Source: an uncultured bacterium (lineage in GTDB: Bacteria > Krumholzibacteriota > Krumholzibacteriia > Krumholzibacteriales > Krumholzibacteriaceae). Taken from it: a DNA stretch of 64,000 bases. The notes under the pieces were generated by a model. That model had not been told where the DNA came from, ran no database searches, and was given only the letters and a program-made list of their open reading frames with translations. Of the stretch, positions 48,601 through 54,721 are shown in pieces (the first letter of the stretch is position 1; every line of letters begins with the position of its first letter). The stretch is from positions 1,120,001 through 1,184,000 of the forward strand of contig CAWBAN010000001.1 in assembly GCA_963786935.1 (NCBI GenBank), read 5' to 3'. The position numbers were made by a program, and so were the translations under genes.

Positions 48601-51470
48601 GTCCCGGTCGCTTCCAACGTGACGAAGCTCCCCGATATCGGGTTCCCCTGCGCGTCGGTCACGAGCGCCGTCACCGTCACCGAGTCGATCCCATTGGCCG
48701 TCGCCGTCGTTTTATCCACCTGAACGTCCGACACCGAGGCGTTGAAGCCCCCCGGCACGAACGTCACGTTTTCCGTATTCGTGACGAGAACGCCGCCTAC
48801 CCGCGCGCTCACCGTCTTCAGCTCTGCCTTCGTCGAGCGCACCGATCCCGTCGCCACTCCATTGGCCCCCGTCACCCCTACCGGCTGCGTGATCGTGTTC
48901 GACGTTCCCGTCGCCTCGATCGTCACCGCGGCCCCCGCTATCGGGTTCCCCTGTCCGTCCCGCACGGTCACCGTCACCCCCACCGCATCCACCCCGTCCG
49001 CCGTCGCCGTCGTCTTGTCCACCTGAACGTCCGACGCCGTGGCGCTGAAGCCCCCCGGAACGAACGTCACGCTCTGCGTCGTCGTAATGAGCGTCCCGCC
49101 CACCCGCGCGCTCACCGTCTTCAGCTCTGCCTTCGTCGAGCGGAGCTTCCCGACCAACCGGCCGTCCGCTCCCGTCACTCCCGACGACGGCATGATCGTG
49201 TTCGACGTCCCGGTCGCTTCCAACGTGATGAAGCTTCCCGATATCGGGTTCCCCTGCGCATCGGTCACAAGAGCCGTCACCGTCACCGAGTCGATCCCAT
49301 TGGCCGTGGCCGTCGTCTTGTCCACCTGAACGTCCGACGCCGTGGCGCTGAAAGCCCCCGGCACGAACGTCACGTTTTCCGTATTCGTGACGAGAACGCC
49401 GCCCACGCGCGCGCTCACCGTCTTCAGCTCAGCCTTCGTCGAGCGAAGCTTCCCGACCAACCGGCCGTCCGCTCCAGTCACGCCGGAAGCCGGCGCTATC
49501 GTATTCAACGTGCCCGTCACTTCGAACGACACCGCGCTGCCGGGTATCGGGTTCCCCTGCGCATCGGTCACAAGAGCCGTCACCGTCACCGAGTCGATCC
49601 CATTGGCCGTGGCCGTCGTTTTGTCCACCTGAACGTCCGACGCCGTGGCGCTGAAAGCCCCCGGTACGAACGTTACGTTCCGCGTATTCGTGACGAGAAC
49701 GCCGCCCACCCGCGCGCTCACCGTCTTCAGCTCCGCCTTCGTCGAGCGAAGCTTCCCGACCAACCGGCCGTCCGCTCCCGTCACGCCTGACGAGGGAACG
49801 ATCGTATTCAACGTACCCGTCACTTCGAACGATACCGCGCTGCCGGGTATCGGGTTCCCCTGCGCATCGGTCACAAGAGCCGTCACCGTCACCGAGTCGG
49901 TACCGTCCGACGCCGCCGTTATCTTGTCCACGCCGACATCGGATACGGCCGGAGAGAAGGGACCGGGCGTAAAGGTCACCGCCGAGGAGGGCACGATAGG
50001 AATTCCGTCGATCGTGGCCGTCAGCGTTTTCCCCTCGGCTTTCGTCGACTTGATGCTTCCGGCCGCCGATCCCGTGCCGCCCGTAACGCCCGACGGCTGC
50101 CGCAGGATGTTGCCCGAGCCGGTTGACGAAATGACGACGATGCTTCCGTCGACGCCGTTGTAGAATTCGTCCTTCGCGCGCACGGTGATCCGTATGGAAT
50201 CGACGCCGTTCGCTATCGCCGTCGTCGTAAGGACCATAATCTCGGATGTGGCGGGATCCAGAGAAGCGTTGTCGATATAGATCAGCGCCGACGCCGACTC
50301 GAGCGTCGGAGGCACACCGTTCGCGTCGAGAAACGCGAGGAAATACGCATTCTCGACGTCCTTGCTCGTGTTGCGGTAGTCCAGAAACACGTGGTCGGAT
50401 CCGCTCGGGATCACGATTGCGGAGATCGGCGTCGCATGGTTGGATGTCGTGTAAAAGCTCCCCGGCTGGCCGAGAAGCGTGATCGCCTGATCGGCGGAGA
50501 TCGGGCTCGCATTTCCGAACGCATCCTCGACCGAGAGCCGGTACCGCGCAAAATCCCCCGCGGTTGCGGTCGTGTCCCCGGGAGATATCATGAGGCTGAA
50601 CGGCGCCGCCGGTTCAATAGTGACCGCCTGCTGGGCATCCGTCCAGGATTGACCCGACGCGGAGGCGGTGATCGTCTTTTCTCCGGCGACCGAATCCCGA
50701 TAGTAGAACGAAACCGTATCGAGCCCCGATGCGATGACGACGACGCTCGTCTCGATGAAATTCGACCCGCCCAGAAGCGAGAACCGCCCGCTCCCCGCAG
50801 TCGATTCGAGCGCGATATCCTGATTGCTCGTTACCTGCGCGGGATTGCCGTACTGATCCTCCGCGCGCACCCTGATCACGGCGCTTTCGCCGTCCGCGGC
50901 GAACGACTGCGGCGCGGTCAGGAACGAGAGCCGCGCGATGTCGGCGGCGATAACGTTGAGAGTCGGCGAAGCCGCAATAGGGGAATTCCCGTAGCCGCCC
51001 GGATCCGATCGCACGGTGAACTGAACACCGCTCTCGACGACGGTCTGAGCGGCGGCGCGGCCTCCGGGATCGACCGATCCATCTCCGTACACGATGTCGA
51101 TCGTTTGGCCGGGGTCAAGCGTATCGACGGAGATCGTGATCGTCCTGCCGGCAATCGAGATCGCGGGTGCGCCGAGCGCTCCTTCGCTCAAAACGGTTAC
51201 ATAGCCGGCGGAGAATCCATCGGTATCCTGCGGCCCGGTCCAGCCGTCCGGAATCACCAGCGAGACCGTCCCCGACGAGAACGGCTCGGCGGCCGTATAA
51301 CGGACGGTCCACGTGTCGAGTCTTCCGGCCGCGACATCGCTCGCGGGACTGACCGAGGCCGTCCCAGAGCCTCCCGCCGCGAGCGCCGCGCCGGCGTTGA
51401 GCAGCATGAAAACGCCGAGGCTCACGGCGAGCGCGCGGCTTCGCGCGGAGTACAGGACCTTAGGCTTCAT
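36612..51470 (-). CDS. Giant (~4950 aa) secreted Ig-like (invasin/Big_1) repeat surface protein with an FlgD/T9SS-type C-terminal sorting domain
   Basis: Signal peptide; many D(A/Q/G)xGN Big_1-like domains; C-terminal NYPNPF...IKIYDLAGHLV...WNGRNDRGELVRNGVY. Alternative GTG start at 51476. Confidence 0.92.
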   Translation of the reverse strand: MKPKVLYSARSRALAVSLGVFMLLNAGAALAAGGSGTASVSPASDVAAGRLDTWTVRYTAAEPFSSGTVSLVIPDGWTGPQDTDGFSAGYVTVLSEGALGAPAISIAGRTITISVDTLDPGQTIDIVYGDGSVDPGGRAAAQTVVESGVQFTVRSDPGGYGNSPIAASPTLNVIAADIARLSFLTAPQSFAADGESAVIRVRAEDQYGNPAQVTSNQDIALESTAGSGRFSLLGGSNFIETSVVVIASGLDTVSFYYRDSVAGEKTITASASGQSWTDAQQAVTIEPAAPFSLMISPGDTTATAGDFARYRLSVEDAFGNASPISADQAITLLGQPGSFYTTSNHATPISAIVIPSGSDHVFLDYRNTSKDVENAYFLAFLDANGVPPTLESASALIYIDNASLDPATSEIMVLTTTAIANGVDSIRITVRAKDEFYNGVDGSIVVISSTGSGNILRQPSGVTGGTGSAAGSIKSTKAEGKTLTATIDGIPIVPSSAVTFTPGPFSPAVSDVGVDKITAASDGTDSVTVTALVTDAQGNPIPGSAVSFEVTGTLNTIVPSSGVTGADGRLVGKLRSTKAELKTVSARVGGVLVTNTRNVTFVPGAFSATASDVQVDKTTATANGIDSVTVTALVTDAQGNPIPGSAVSFEVTGTLNTIAPASGVTGADGRLVGKLRSTKAELKTVSARVGGVLVTNTENVTFVPGAFSATASDVQVDKTTATANGIDSVTVTALVTDAQGNPISGSFITLEATGTSNTIMPSSGVTGADGRLVGKLRSTKAELKTVSARVGGTLITTTQSVTFVPGGFSATASDVQVDKTTATADGVDAVGVTVTVRDGQGNPIAGAAVTIEATGTSNTITQPVGVTGANGVATGSVRSTKAELKTVSARVGGVLVTNTENVTFVPGGFNASVSDVQVDKTTATANGIDSVTVTALVTDAQGNPISGSFVTLEATGTSNTITPSSGVTGADGRLVGKLRSTKAELKTVSARVGGVLVTNTENVTFVPGGFNASVSDVQVDKTTATANGIDSVTVTALVTDAQGNPIPGSAVSFEVTGTLNTIAPVSGVTGADGRLVGKLRSTKAELKTVSARVGGVLVTNTENVTFMPGAFSATASDVQVDKTTATADGVDAVGVTVTVRDGQGNPIAGAAVTIEATGTSNTITQPVGVTGANGVATGSVRSTKAELKTVSARVGGVLVTNTENVTFVPGAFSATASDVQVDKTTATANGIDSVTVTALVTDAQGNPIPGSAVSFEVTGTLNTIVPSSGVTGADGRLVGKLRSTKAELKTVSARVGGTLITTTQSVTFVPGGFSATASDVQVDKTTATADGVDAVGVTVTVRDGQGNPIAGAAVTIEATGTSNTITQPVGVTGANGVATGSVRSTKAELKTVSARVGGVLVTNTENVTFIPGGFSASASDVQVDKTTATADGVDAVGVTVTVRDGQGNPIAGAAVTIEATGTSNTITQPVGVTGANGVATGSVRSTKAELKTVSARVGGVLVTNTRNVTFVPGAFSATASDVQVDKTTATADGVDAVAVTVIVRDGQGNGIPGRIVAIDATGSGNVITQPAGVTDANGIAVGSLKSTVAQAKTISATAGGSGITKTVGVSFVSGVLHHFVVTHAGSTTAGFASPVTIDARDSQNNRIVDFSGIAKVYTNSTIPGDFITWGIGSAAGSILSESGDTILYQFVPADLGDAELRITDTKVESITIYASSGSVLSSSAAPLAVNHAAADRIAITSGDAQHAVVNQEVASPLVVRVEDAFGNAVPGVTVSWAIESAGGYFDASRSTPGQQTSSTTNAAGSASGELWRLGTASAAASDSITATMPTGTTRSLLFTATADRGPVSSIVLAPASKSVTVNSPTVVTATLRDAYGNTAANEYVTIYIKDYLDGHLSRAAGSTTDSLSPSARMGVSGAAGTVSVTYNAPAAAGLSDAIDAYHNLVPAANVVDAVYTTVASGATDLSATVVSGRTSQAGVSFMFRVEAVDGNGNRDLTNTSRVILEPPPGGGFTFSLTDFGAPVTQADLAAGAVTLYGRGTKTGVWQISVRDNATILSPDQFDVTIAPNDTVSSYAVIAPAGATAGADFAVSAEARDRFGNRATTAGYAINFRAVQAADSSLAASGTLSVSSGSLVNGLYTGSSFRYNVAEPIRVEVTSAANAIKGYSGVIAVDNAAAYRLVKIGGDSAGVQVGDSVRLRARVFDIHGNAVDAHAVYFAIQEGNGHLEAPQALTDASGAVSLWFRTDTIRGANRARASILDAIPEELETQGFTVSTVPESAIASVVLGLAGTTFQAGQPFAGTIAAYDRYGNLIDTDSSSQLRCVARKTSMTFVPGVMTLAAGRSSFSASDTSAGVNRIRVLSLAGDSLSDWSGPLTIHPAPAYRIVEVRGDTLGVPVGSKAGLKARVSDQYGNAVSSEIVRFVITSSLGGSPSLWDGTGAPGDGLVLTDATGAAVCSLTTDTHAGTNTVSASILDANPPALERVVFSVGTAAGTIARFDVLPDGYLKTAGQSFSLQLIAYDLDGNEAVDDDTSRVVLASGGAAVFSINPVTLTKGRASLTAYDNVAEKIALRAQTLGGGALSVSDTITVMPAAPSGAIAFQSIAPGTITANGASISTITTNPIRDVYGNVVSSGTLVRVTPSIGSIGSEDKDPSTPLTVERQTEASGAVSVFVRSGTTPGVSQVQFQSLTGSASGIAAVTFAPPPACTYAGYLTPRHLIPTQAAAFRCSVANGSTTGLTLTTQTSISFADSASNVYEAHLPAPVALAGSVVDTLDFVAVIVPAGMLGGTYTPRVKIVGSDAHGAPYQTEFNAGSNSVSISNIDIVRVTAPSIVSRGDTFAVDVRLKNGGGSTVNVTEIVPSFEHGYFAATGSWNPPLPDGLPAGSERTYRRSMYVLANSPLGADTIDAAVTAAVNGSSVQDVTAYPNVAPIFVQSAASIAYVPGSLSPATVSKGQSHLFSISLANGGQASVILDGALTRLTFTDGVSPVIVALGSTGALPGNTTTPIVFPSAGIPAGMASGSYPVSVLLAGTENGTPFADTLVLGNPVHVVQPAQLAYHAGSITPTPVSKRSSVAFAVGVDNTGGAAVECDPDSTWITFASGPVVYLARLDGSRGRTVVPGSNTLYFQAVVVPDAMPTGSYQPAVRVKGTENGLTFSTVLAPAGLVAVQNPPQLAISSTKVVPSDSITADQTAPWFASIRVDNNGGATVQLDSLALRLYAGSQLVSGECVLTPLNFQAHVDSLRGGEGKDILVRFNDNPAGSMTTGTIVIESAVWGRDRNSGVTLVATTELGGKGSYLVQTPANVVFASIIASADTVTALQTRNWSTDVVVRNTGQSDVRLDLDPAKSFITFSTSADFAVVFPTGLAGGGNVLEGGSTDTLRYAIDRTGSVPGLCRVEAAVSGVEINSGRALSIASGASGIRDNVLVQTPAAIAITGFTPLQNPVTVAQERDWAIDMSVSNSGQSDVTLLLDRIDSTWVALPGGSGFSIENPAIVAGDGRTLHGGSSGILRFVVRTTGSIPPGPRVLEGLLLASEINSGRALHASMPAASSADSVTFQLRPDPRYEAASLTPTVVSSGTGVSFELAVTSDNALRSTLMLDPPAVTMSFGDADGDTFRSTLSPVSDNELARGGETVLLFNTGTVDASIARGKHAVVLHLEGAENGNPFEADIPVFPDSVVVEEAPQLAINRIVVPQSATASQTAPWPVRMILRNNGEASVAVDFSVLQTFITFTIVGLGDRTYEYEISRPDHLEGSLTDTLAGGSIDSLIFTVTRTGSTGGLALVNGRVAGLDVNSGLTLVDDTYSGGWSHVAIETPGIPAITAAVPSRAAVTSAQTTPWQLTLTVCNNGEADLALVLDSAYVFYDGRVPLSHAAPIGFVEGGLVLEGGSCKHLVFAVSPAPGIPGGADIALHAHAGFVELNSAVYSAFDTRQAGSGSGAVRVQAPARIRIAQTVNQAPRSPYVNYYQQFGVSYEVINDGEARADSIRLALEKSGSSQIIDTLLVIDGLSGGSSASGAFAIAAGAASGSETFRARLRGAVDANSREAGLVVLEPALDDTAAAVVQRPAALTVASVRPSQREVNAGQDADWAVSVSFTNGGEAPLALDAPGAGDLAFSLFGSRRFDYLVIAPDTLGSGPGLLAVPGGGADSLIYRIAATGVDTGTIAIDAGLAWGDLNDPLRDPAPAAGFGSVHVKAPSGLRIISVASDAPNNALFPNTSVVDTGQVFNVIVRVENTGGDDLDSVSVNLVSNGASRAAVVGDGFVSVASGSERDFVFSVTAAPAPGNEALSASIVYAVSVNTGERVYPAQAAESTENLRIELPALLACGLAITAPAGALDGILSTGQIFTVTAAVANEGQALVDTTGEVTLALPPAVLLANPGEPLAKRLGGLGEVSWRLVAPAIPSLDTVRARISGIPVAVNTGAPAAARVVESAAPLRTEESARLTGCAISIAAPQGAVDGTLSTEQNFLARAVLTPPANADSVWVELSVPVGFSVTGDRVRLIGAGTGAQQTIDWITKAPVGRVVADTLVVRAGGKDINSGIAIATCRVVFAVHVETKPSLAVAAAISGPPEALDGSVSVSLPFTIEASAAKSGDAAIDTAGARMELVLPAGQGYALDGAQEHFRKPFYPGRSVAWNVRAPGAPTSPGNIEVRLIEPYATDVNTNAACEISTGAAFIPVQTEAGAVLMSNISRGDSIPPFVVPQGARNVPLLRIVLTNASGFTVGLDTLFVTIEDGRGNSVADPSRIADSIAIAVNGAAFGAAVAGVNPVPIVVAHGFTLAPGTSDTLLLEGDIGARASGSIAFEIERSASVVVSISDSGARIGVSLDLDGGDIAGNFLTGPLSIMSSQFDEYAHNYPNPFRAGSESTKICYFLKKNSAVAIKIYDLAGHLVWTRNFGAGDAEAAGSAEGAYHEIPWNGRNDRGELVRNGVYMCKVEAGSQSALFKIAVAK
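46630..50250 (-). repeat. Tandem array of ~12 x 303-bp (101-aa) Big_1 units
   Basis: Marker tccacctgaacgtccga recurs at 46897, 47200, 47503, 47806, 48109, 48412, 48715, 49018, 49321 and 49624 (exact 303-bp period); diverged units at both ends. Confidence 0.95.
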
Positions 51471-51528
51471 AAGCACGTTCCCGTTTATCCTGCATCGAAG
51501 AAGAAAAATAATCGACGCGGGGCACCGC

Positions 51529-51544
51529 GCAAGCTATGTGCCAA
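51529..51544 (-). promoter_or_regulatory. Sigma54 (-24/-12) promoter of the giant-adhesin operon
   Basis: TTGGCAC-ATAGC-TTGC, matching TGGCAC-N5-TTGC, about 55-60 bp upstream of the start codon. Confidence 0.78.
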
Positions 51545-51646
51545 GAGCAGCCGTCAACCGGCGCTCCCCGCAGAAAATTTCCTCGCGATGACGACGAGGG
51601 CTGGGCCCGATGATCGCCATTGCGAAGCTCATTCGAACAAATATCT

Positions 51647-51659
51647 TAATATATTGATA
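51647..51659 (-). promoter_or_regulatory. IHF-binding consensus
   Basis: TATCAAtataTTA = WATCAANNNNTTR in an AT-rich patch. Confidence 0.55.
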
Positions 51660-51786
51660 TGAAAGCAAATAAGAGCGTCGCCCAAGCTTTCGGCCCTGCC
51701 CAGCGCAGTCAGCGGCTATCGTTCCTGCCCGGCTTCAATCTCGGGGAATTGCTGCTCCCGCGATTCCCCATCCCTCGATCCGAATC

Positions 51787-51815
51787 AAAATAGCATACAG
51801 CGGAGCAAATTGCAA
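51787..51815 (-). promoter_or_regulatory. Possible distal sigma70 promoter
   Basis: TTGCAA-N17-TATTTT with extended TG. Confidence 0.35.
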
Positions 51816-51957
51816 CACGAAGGAGTTTCATAACTCTCTGAAATAGAATATCTTAATTAACTATATTCGAACGCGTCCCCGGCGATCCGCGCATCCCCCT
51901 GGAATTTGGCAGAAAAGCTGACACAACCGATGCGGCGGTCCGATTCCGGTCATCCGT

Positions 51958-52350
51958 TCATTCCACGAAGACAACGGAGTTGTATCCGCCGAATCCATCC
52001 TTGATCCTGCTCGGATTTTCGGAATCGCTCATCCATTTCTTGCCGTCGATGAGGAACTTGTACTCGTAGCGTCCCGGCTTCAGCGGGAGCGTGATCGACC
52101 AGAGCCCCTTTTCCTCGCGGTCGTACATCGGATCGGCGCTCGTCGACCAATTGTTGAAATCGCCGACGATCGCGACGCGCTGCGCTCCGGACGCGGAGCA
52201 AACGAAGAGCACTCCCCCTTCGACCGGCCGGGGCCCCGCCGCGGGCTCCGAGCCGGCGCCCGGTCCCGGCGATTTCCCGCCGCAGGAAGCGCCGAGCACG
52301 GCGAGCATCAGCAAGAGCGCGATTCGAGGATCGATGAACCGACGCATCAT
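51958..52350 (-). CDS. CBM48 (AMPK-type glycogen-binding) lipoprotein
   Basis: Lipobox LGASC; VAIVGDFNNW, LKPGRYEYKFLIDG, WMSDSENP, DGFGGYNSV. Confidence 0.88.
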   Translation of the reverse strand: MMRRFIDPRIALLLMLAVLGASCGGKSPGPGAGSEPAAGPRPVEGGVLFVCSASGAQRVAIVGDFNNWSTSADPMYDREEKGLWSITLPLKPGRYEYKFLIDGKKWMSDSENPSRIKDGFGGYNSVVFVE

Positions 52351-52352
52351 GA

Positions 52353-52760
52353 TCAGGGCACAATCAGCAGATTGGCCTTTCCCCCTCTTCCGTCGTCGAC
52401 GATCCGGGGATTCTCCGGATCGAGGAGCCACTCGACCTCGTTGATCAGGAAACGGTACCGGTAGCGGCCGCTCGCGAGCCGGACCCTGATGCGCCACACA
52501 CCCGGTTCTCCGGCCTGCTCCATGAGCCCCACGAGCACTTCGCCCTCCTCGGCGTCTCCGCGCGCCCAGTTGTTCCCCGGCCAGTCGGCCGCGATCTGCA
52601 CGGTGCGCGCCGAAGGAGCCTTGACGCTGAACACGACGGCGTCGCCGTCGACACGGGCGGAATCGAGCGACTTCTCGAGATACTTTCCGCATGAAAGACA
52701 GAGAGCCAGGAGAACGAAGGGCGCGCCGAAGCGCATCGTGGTGTGCCGCCGGGTCCGCAT
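52353..52760 (-). CDS. CBM48 (glycogen-binding) lipoprotein
   Basis: Lipobox CLSC; VQIAADW..NNW, GRYRYRFLIN, WLLDPENP, DGRGG. Alternative start at 52736. Confidence 0.85.
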   Translation of the reverse strand: MRTRRHTTMRFGAPFVLLALCLSCGKYLEKSLDSARVDGDAVVFSVKAPSARTVQIAADWPGNNWARGDAEEGEVLVGLMEQAGEPGVWRIRVRLASGRYRYRFLINEVEWLLDPENPRIVDDGRGGKANLLIVP

Positions 52761-52783
52761 ACGTGAAATATACTCCCCCCGCG

Positions 52784-54721
52784 TCAGAAAGTAAAACCCG
52801 CCTCGAAGGTGACGGTCCAATCCTCGGCGAGCGCCTCTTCCGCCGCGATGAGCGCTTTCATCGCCGCGTCCGCGCCCCCCGCCGCGAGCGCGTCGTAGAC
52901 GCCGCGCTCCTCCAGATACGACTCCCGCCCGTGATCCGAGAACGCGTAGAGCCATCGATCGAATCCGTACGGATTCACGCCCGCGCCGAGCGCGCACCAG
53001 AGCGTTTTGGTCACGTGAGCGCGGACCGACAGATACGCGTCGACGAAATCGCGCCTGACGGAGCCGTAGTCGTAGGTTGCGCCTCGCATGTCGACGATCG
53101 CCGCCACGCGCGGATGCAGGCCGATGCCGTCCGACAGCCGGATCTCCCTGAGCAGGGGCGCGCCGTTCGATCCGGTTCCCCGCTGCGTGATCGATGCGCG
53201 CAGGCCCGTTCCCCACGGGAGATCACCCGGCGGCGCGCATTTCCACGCGGCCGATATCGACGCCTCGAAGACGTCGCGCTCGGAGAGGAACGGAATGAGT
53301 CCGCAGGTGACCTCGTCGCCGTCGAGCCAGAAGTTCGACTTCCCGAGCCAGAACACGTCTCCCGTGGCGAGCGCCGAAAAGCTCTCGAGCTTCGCCCTGA
53401 CGCCGATCACGAGCGGATCCCCGTCGATCTCGACCGTGCCCTCGATGGAGCTCCGCCAGCCGTCCGGACGCGGCTCCCCGGCCGATTCATCGGATTCGAG
53501 GGTCGTTTGGGAAAAGACGAACGCCGACCGAATGCCGTTCCAGCTGCGCGCGACCGTGCCGCAGAGCCGGTAGCCGCGCACCAATTCGGCCTCGAGGGAG
53601 ACGTCGCGCGAGGGAGCGCTCTCGTCTTCCGCCGCGCCCGTCGCGCAGAGGCGGTTCGTCCCGAAGAGCACTTCTCCCTCCGCCGTCATCCCCTGCTCGC
53701 CGGCGACGGAGAGCCACGCGCCCTGGATCTCCTCCTTCTCGTATCCGTGGTAGAGATCCTCTCCGAGCGCGGGATATCGCCACGCGCCGTCCTTCGGTCT
53801 CCGATCCTGCCGGTAGAGATATCGCACCGCCGCGGCGCCGATCTTCGTCCCGAGACGCATGGCGTAGATGTCCGAATCGACGAAATCGCGCGACGAGAAC
53901 AGGTCGGTCTGCGAGGGCGCTCCCTCGAGTCCCGAGCGGTACCCCGAAAGCCGGCTCGCGAAGAGCAGCCACGTCTCGACGCCGAGCGGGAGCGTCCCGT
54001 CGAAAGAGGCGCCCCTCGAGAAGAGGCTCACCGGATACGCGTACGGGCCGGCCCGTCCGATGAGACGAAGCGGATCGCCGGCGGCGAGCTCCTCGGCCGG
54101 GCGGCTGAAGAACGAGAGCGATCCTCGCTCGAAACGGTACGAAGCCGTGCCGCGGAGCAGGAATGAGGCGCCCGAGTCGGGCTCGCCGTCGATGAAGTCC
54201 TCCGCCGATCCGACGGAGAGATCGGCGTCCACCTTGTCGCCGATCGAGCCGGCGATCCCCGCCGCGGCGAACAGCGACGCCGAGCCGTCGCCGACGACGG
54301 CGTCGATCCGAACGAACGGGGACACGCGGGCGCTCGAGAGCGCTCCCGGCGCGCGCGCCCCGCTCGCCAGGATCACCTCGAGCGCGCCCGCCCGCTCGAC
54401 GAGCGTGAAACAGGAATTTCCCTCGGCGTCGAGGCACGGATTGTCCGGATCCGGCTTCGAGACGCCGTCGACGAGGAACCGGTAGCGGTACGTGCCGGGA
54501 AGGAGATAGAGCCTGATCTCGAGCTTTCCTTCCGCGCGCACCATGAGATCCATGGTCGGATTCCAGCCGTTGAAGTCGCCGATCAGAAAAACGCTTCCGG
54601 TGTCCGGAGCGCCGAGCTTGAATACGATTTCCTCCTCTTCCACGGCGACCGAAGCGAATCCGGGGGCCGCGACGAGCATCGAGAGAAGGGCCGTCCAGAG
54701 AATGGCGCGTCGCCCGATCAT
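52784..54721 (-). CDS. Exported protein: N-terminal CBM48 plus predicted outer-membrane beta-barrel
   Basis: Signal peptide; IGDFNGWNP, PGTYRYRFLVDG, DPDNP; C-terminal beta-signal VTFEAGFTF; ATGA overlap. Confidence 0.8.
   Translation of the reverse strand: MIGRRAILWTALLSMLVAAPGFASVAVEEEEIVFKLGAPDTGSVFLIGDFNGWNPTMDLMVRAEGKLEIRLYLLPGTYRYRFLVDGVSKPDPDNPCLDAEGNSCFTLVERAGALEVILASGARAPGALSSARVSPFVRIDAVVGDGSASLFAAAGIAGSIGDKVDADLSVGSAEDFIDGEPDSGASFLLRGTASYRFERGSLSFFSRPAEELAAGDPLRLIGRAGPYAYPVSLFSRGASFDGTLPLGVETWLLFASRLSGYRSGLEGAPSQTDLFSSRDFVDSDIYAMRLGTKIGAAAVRYLYRQDRRPKDGAWRYPALGEDLYHGYEKEEIQGAWLSVAGEQGMTAEGEVLFGTNRLCATGAAEDESAPSRDVSLEAELVRGYRLCGTVARSWNGIRSAFVFSQTTLESDESAGEPRPDGWRSSIEGTVEIDGDPLVIGVRAKLESFSALATGDVFWLGKSNFWLDGDEVTCGLIPFLSERDVFEASISAAWKCAPPGDLPWGTGLRASITQRGTGSNGAPLLREIRLSDGIGLHPRVAAIVDMRGATYDYGSVRRDFVDAYLSVRAHVTKTLWCALGAGVNPYGFDRWLYAFSDHGRESYLEERGVYDALAAGGADAAMKALIAAEEALAEDWTVTFEAGFTF

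Noticed and set aside
46660..50163. Series of ~96-aa plus-strand ORFs with 303-bp periodicity; possible CRISPR or cassette array
   Set aside because: They are the reverse complement of the in-frame Big_1 coding repeats; there is no short repeat/unique spacer structure and no cas or integrase genes
36612..51470. Diversity-generating retroelement or toxin (RHS/CDI) interpretation of the giant gene
   Set aside because: No reverse transcriptase, adenine-specific TR/VR pair, RHS core or toxin-immunity pair seen; the C-terminus is a sorting domain
51665..51740. c-di-GMP-I riboswitch-like fragments (GGGCAG..CCGAAAG...GACGC) upstream of the adhesin
   Set aside because: Lacks GCAAA and the P3/tetraloop receptor, pairing is poor, and it lies upstream of the sigma54 promoter; an Infernal/Rfam scan would settle it
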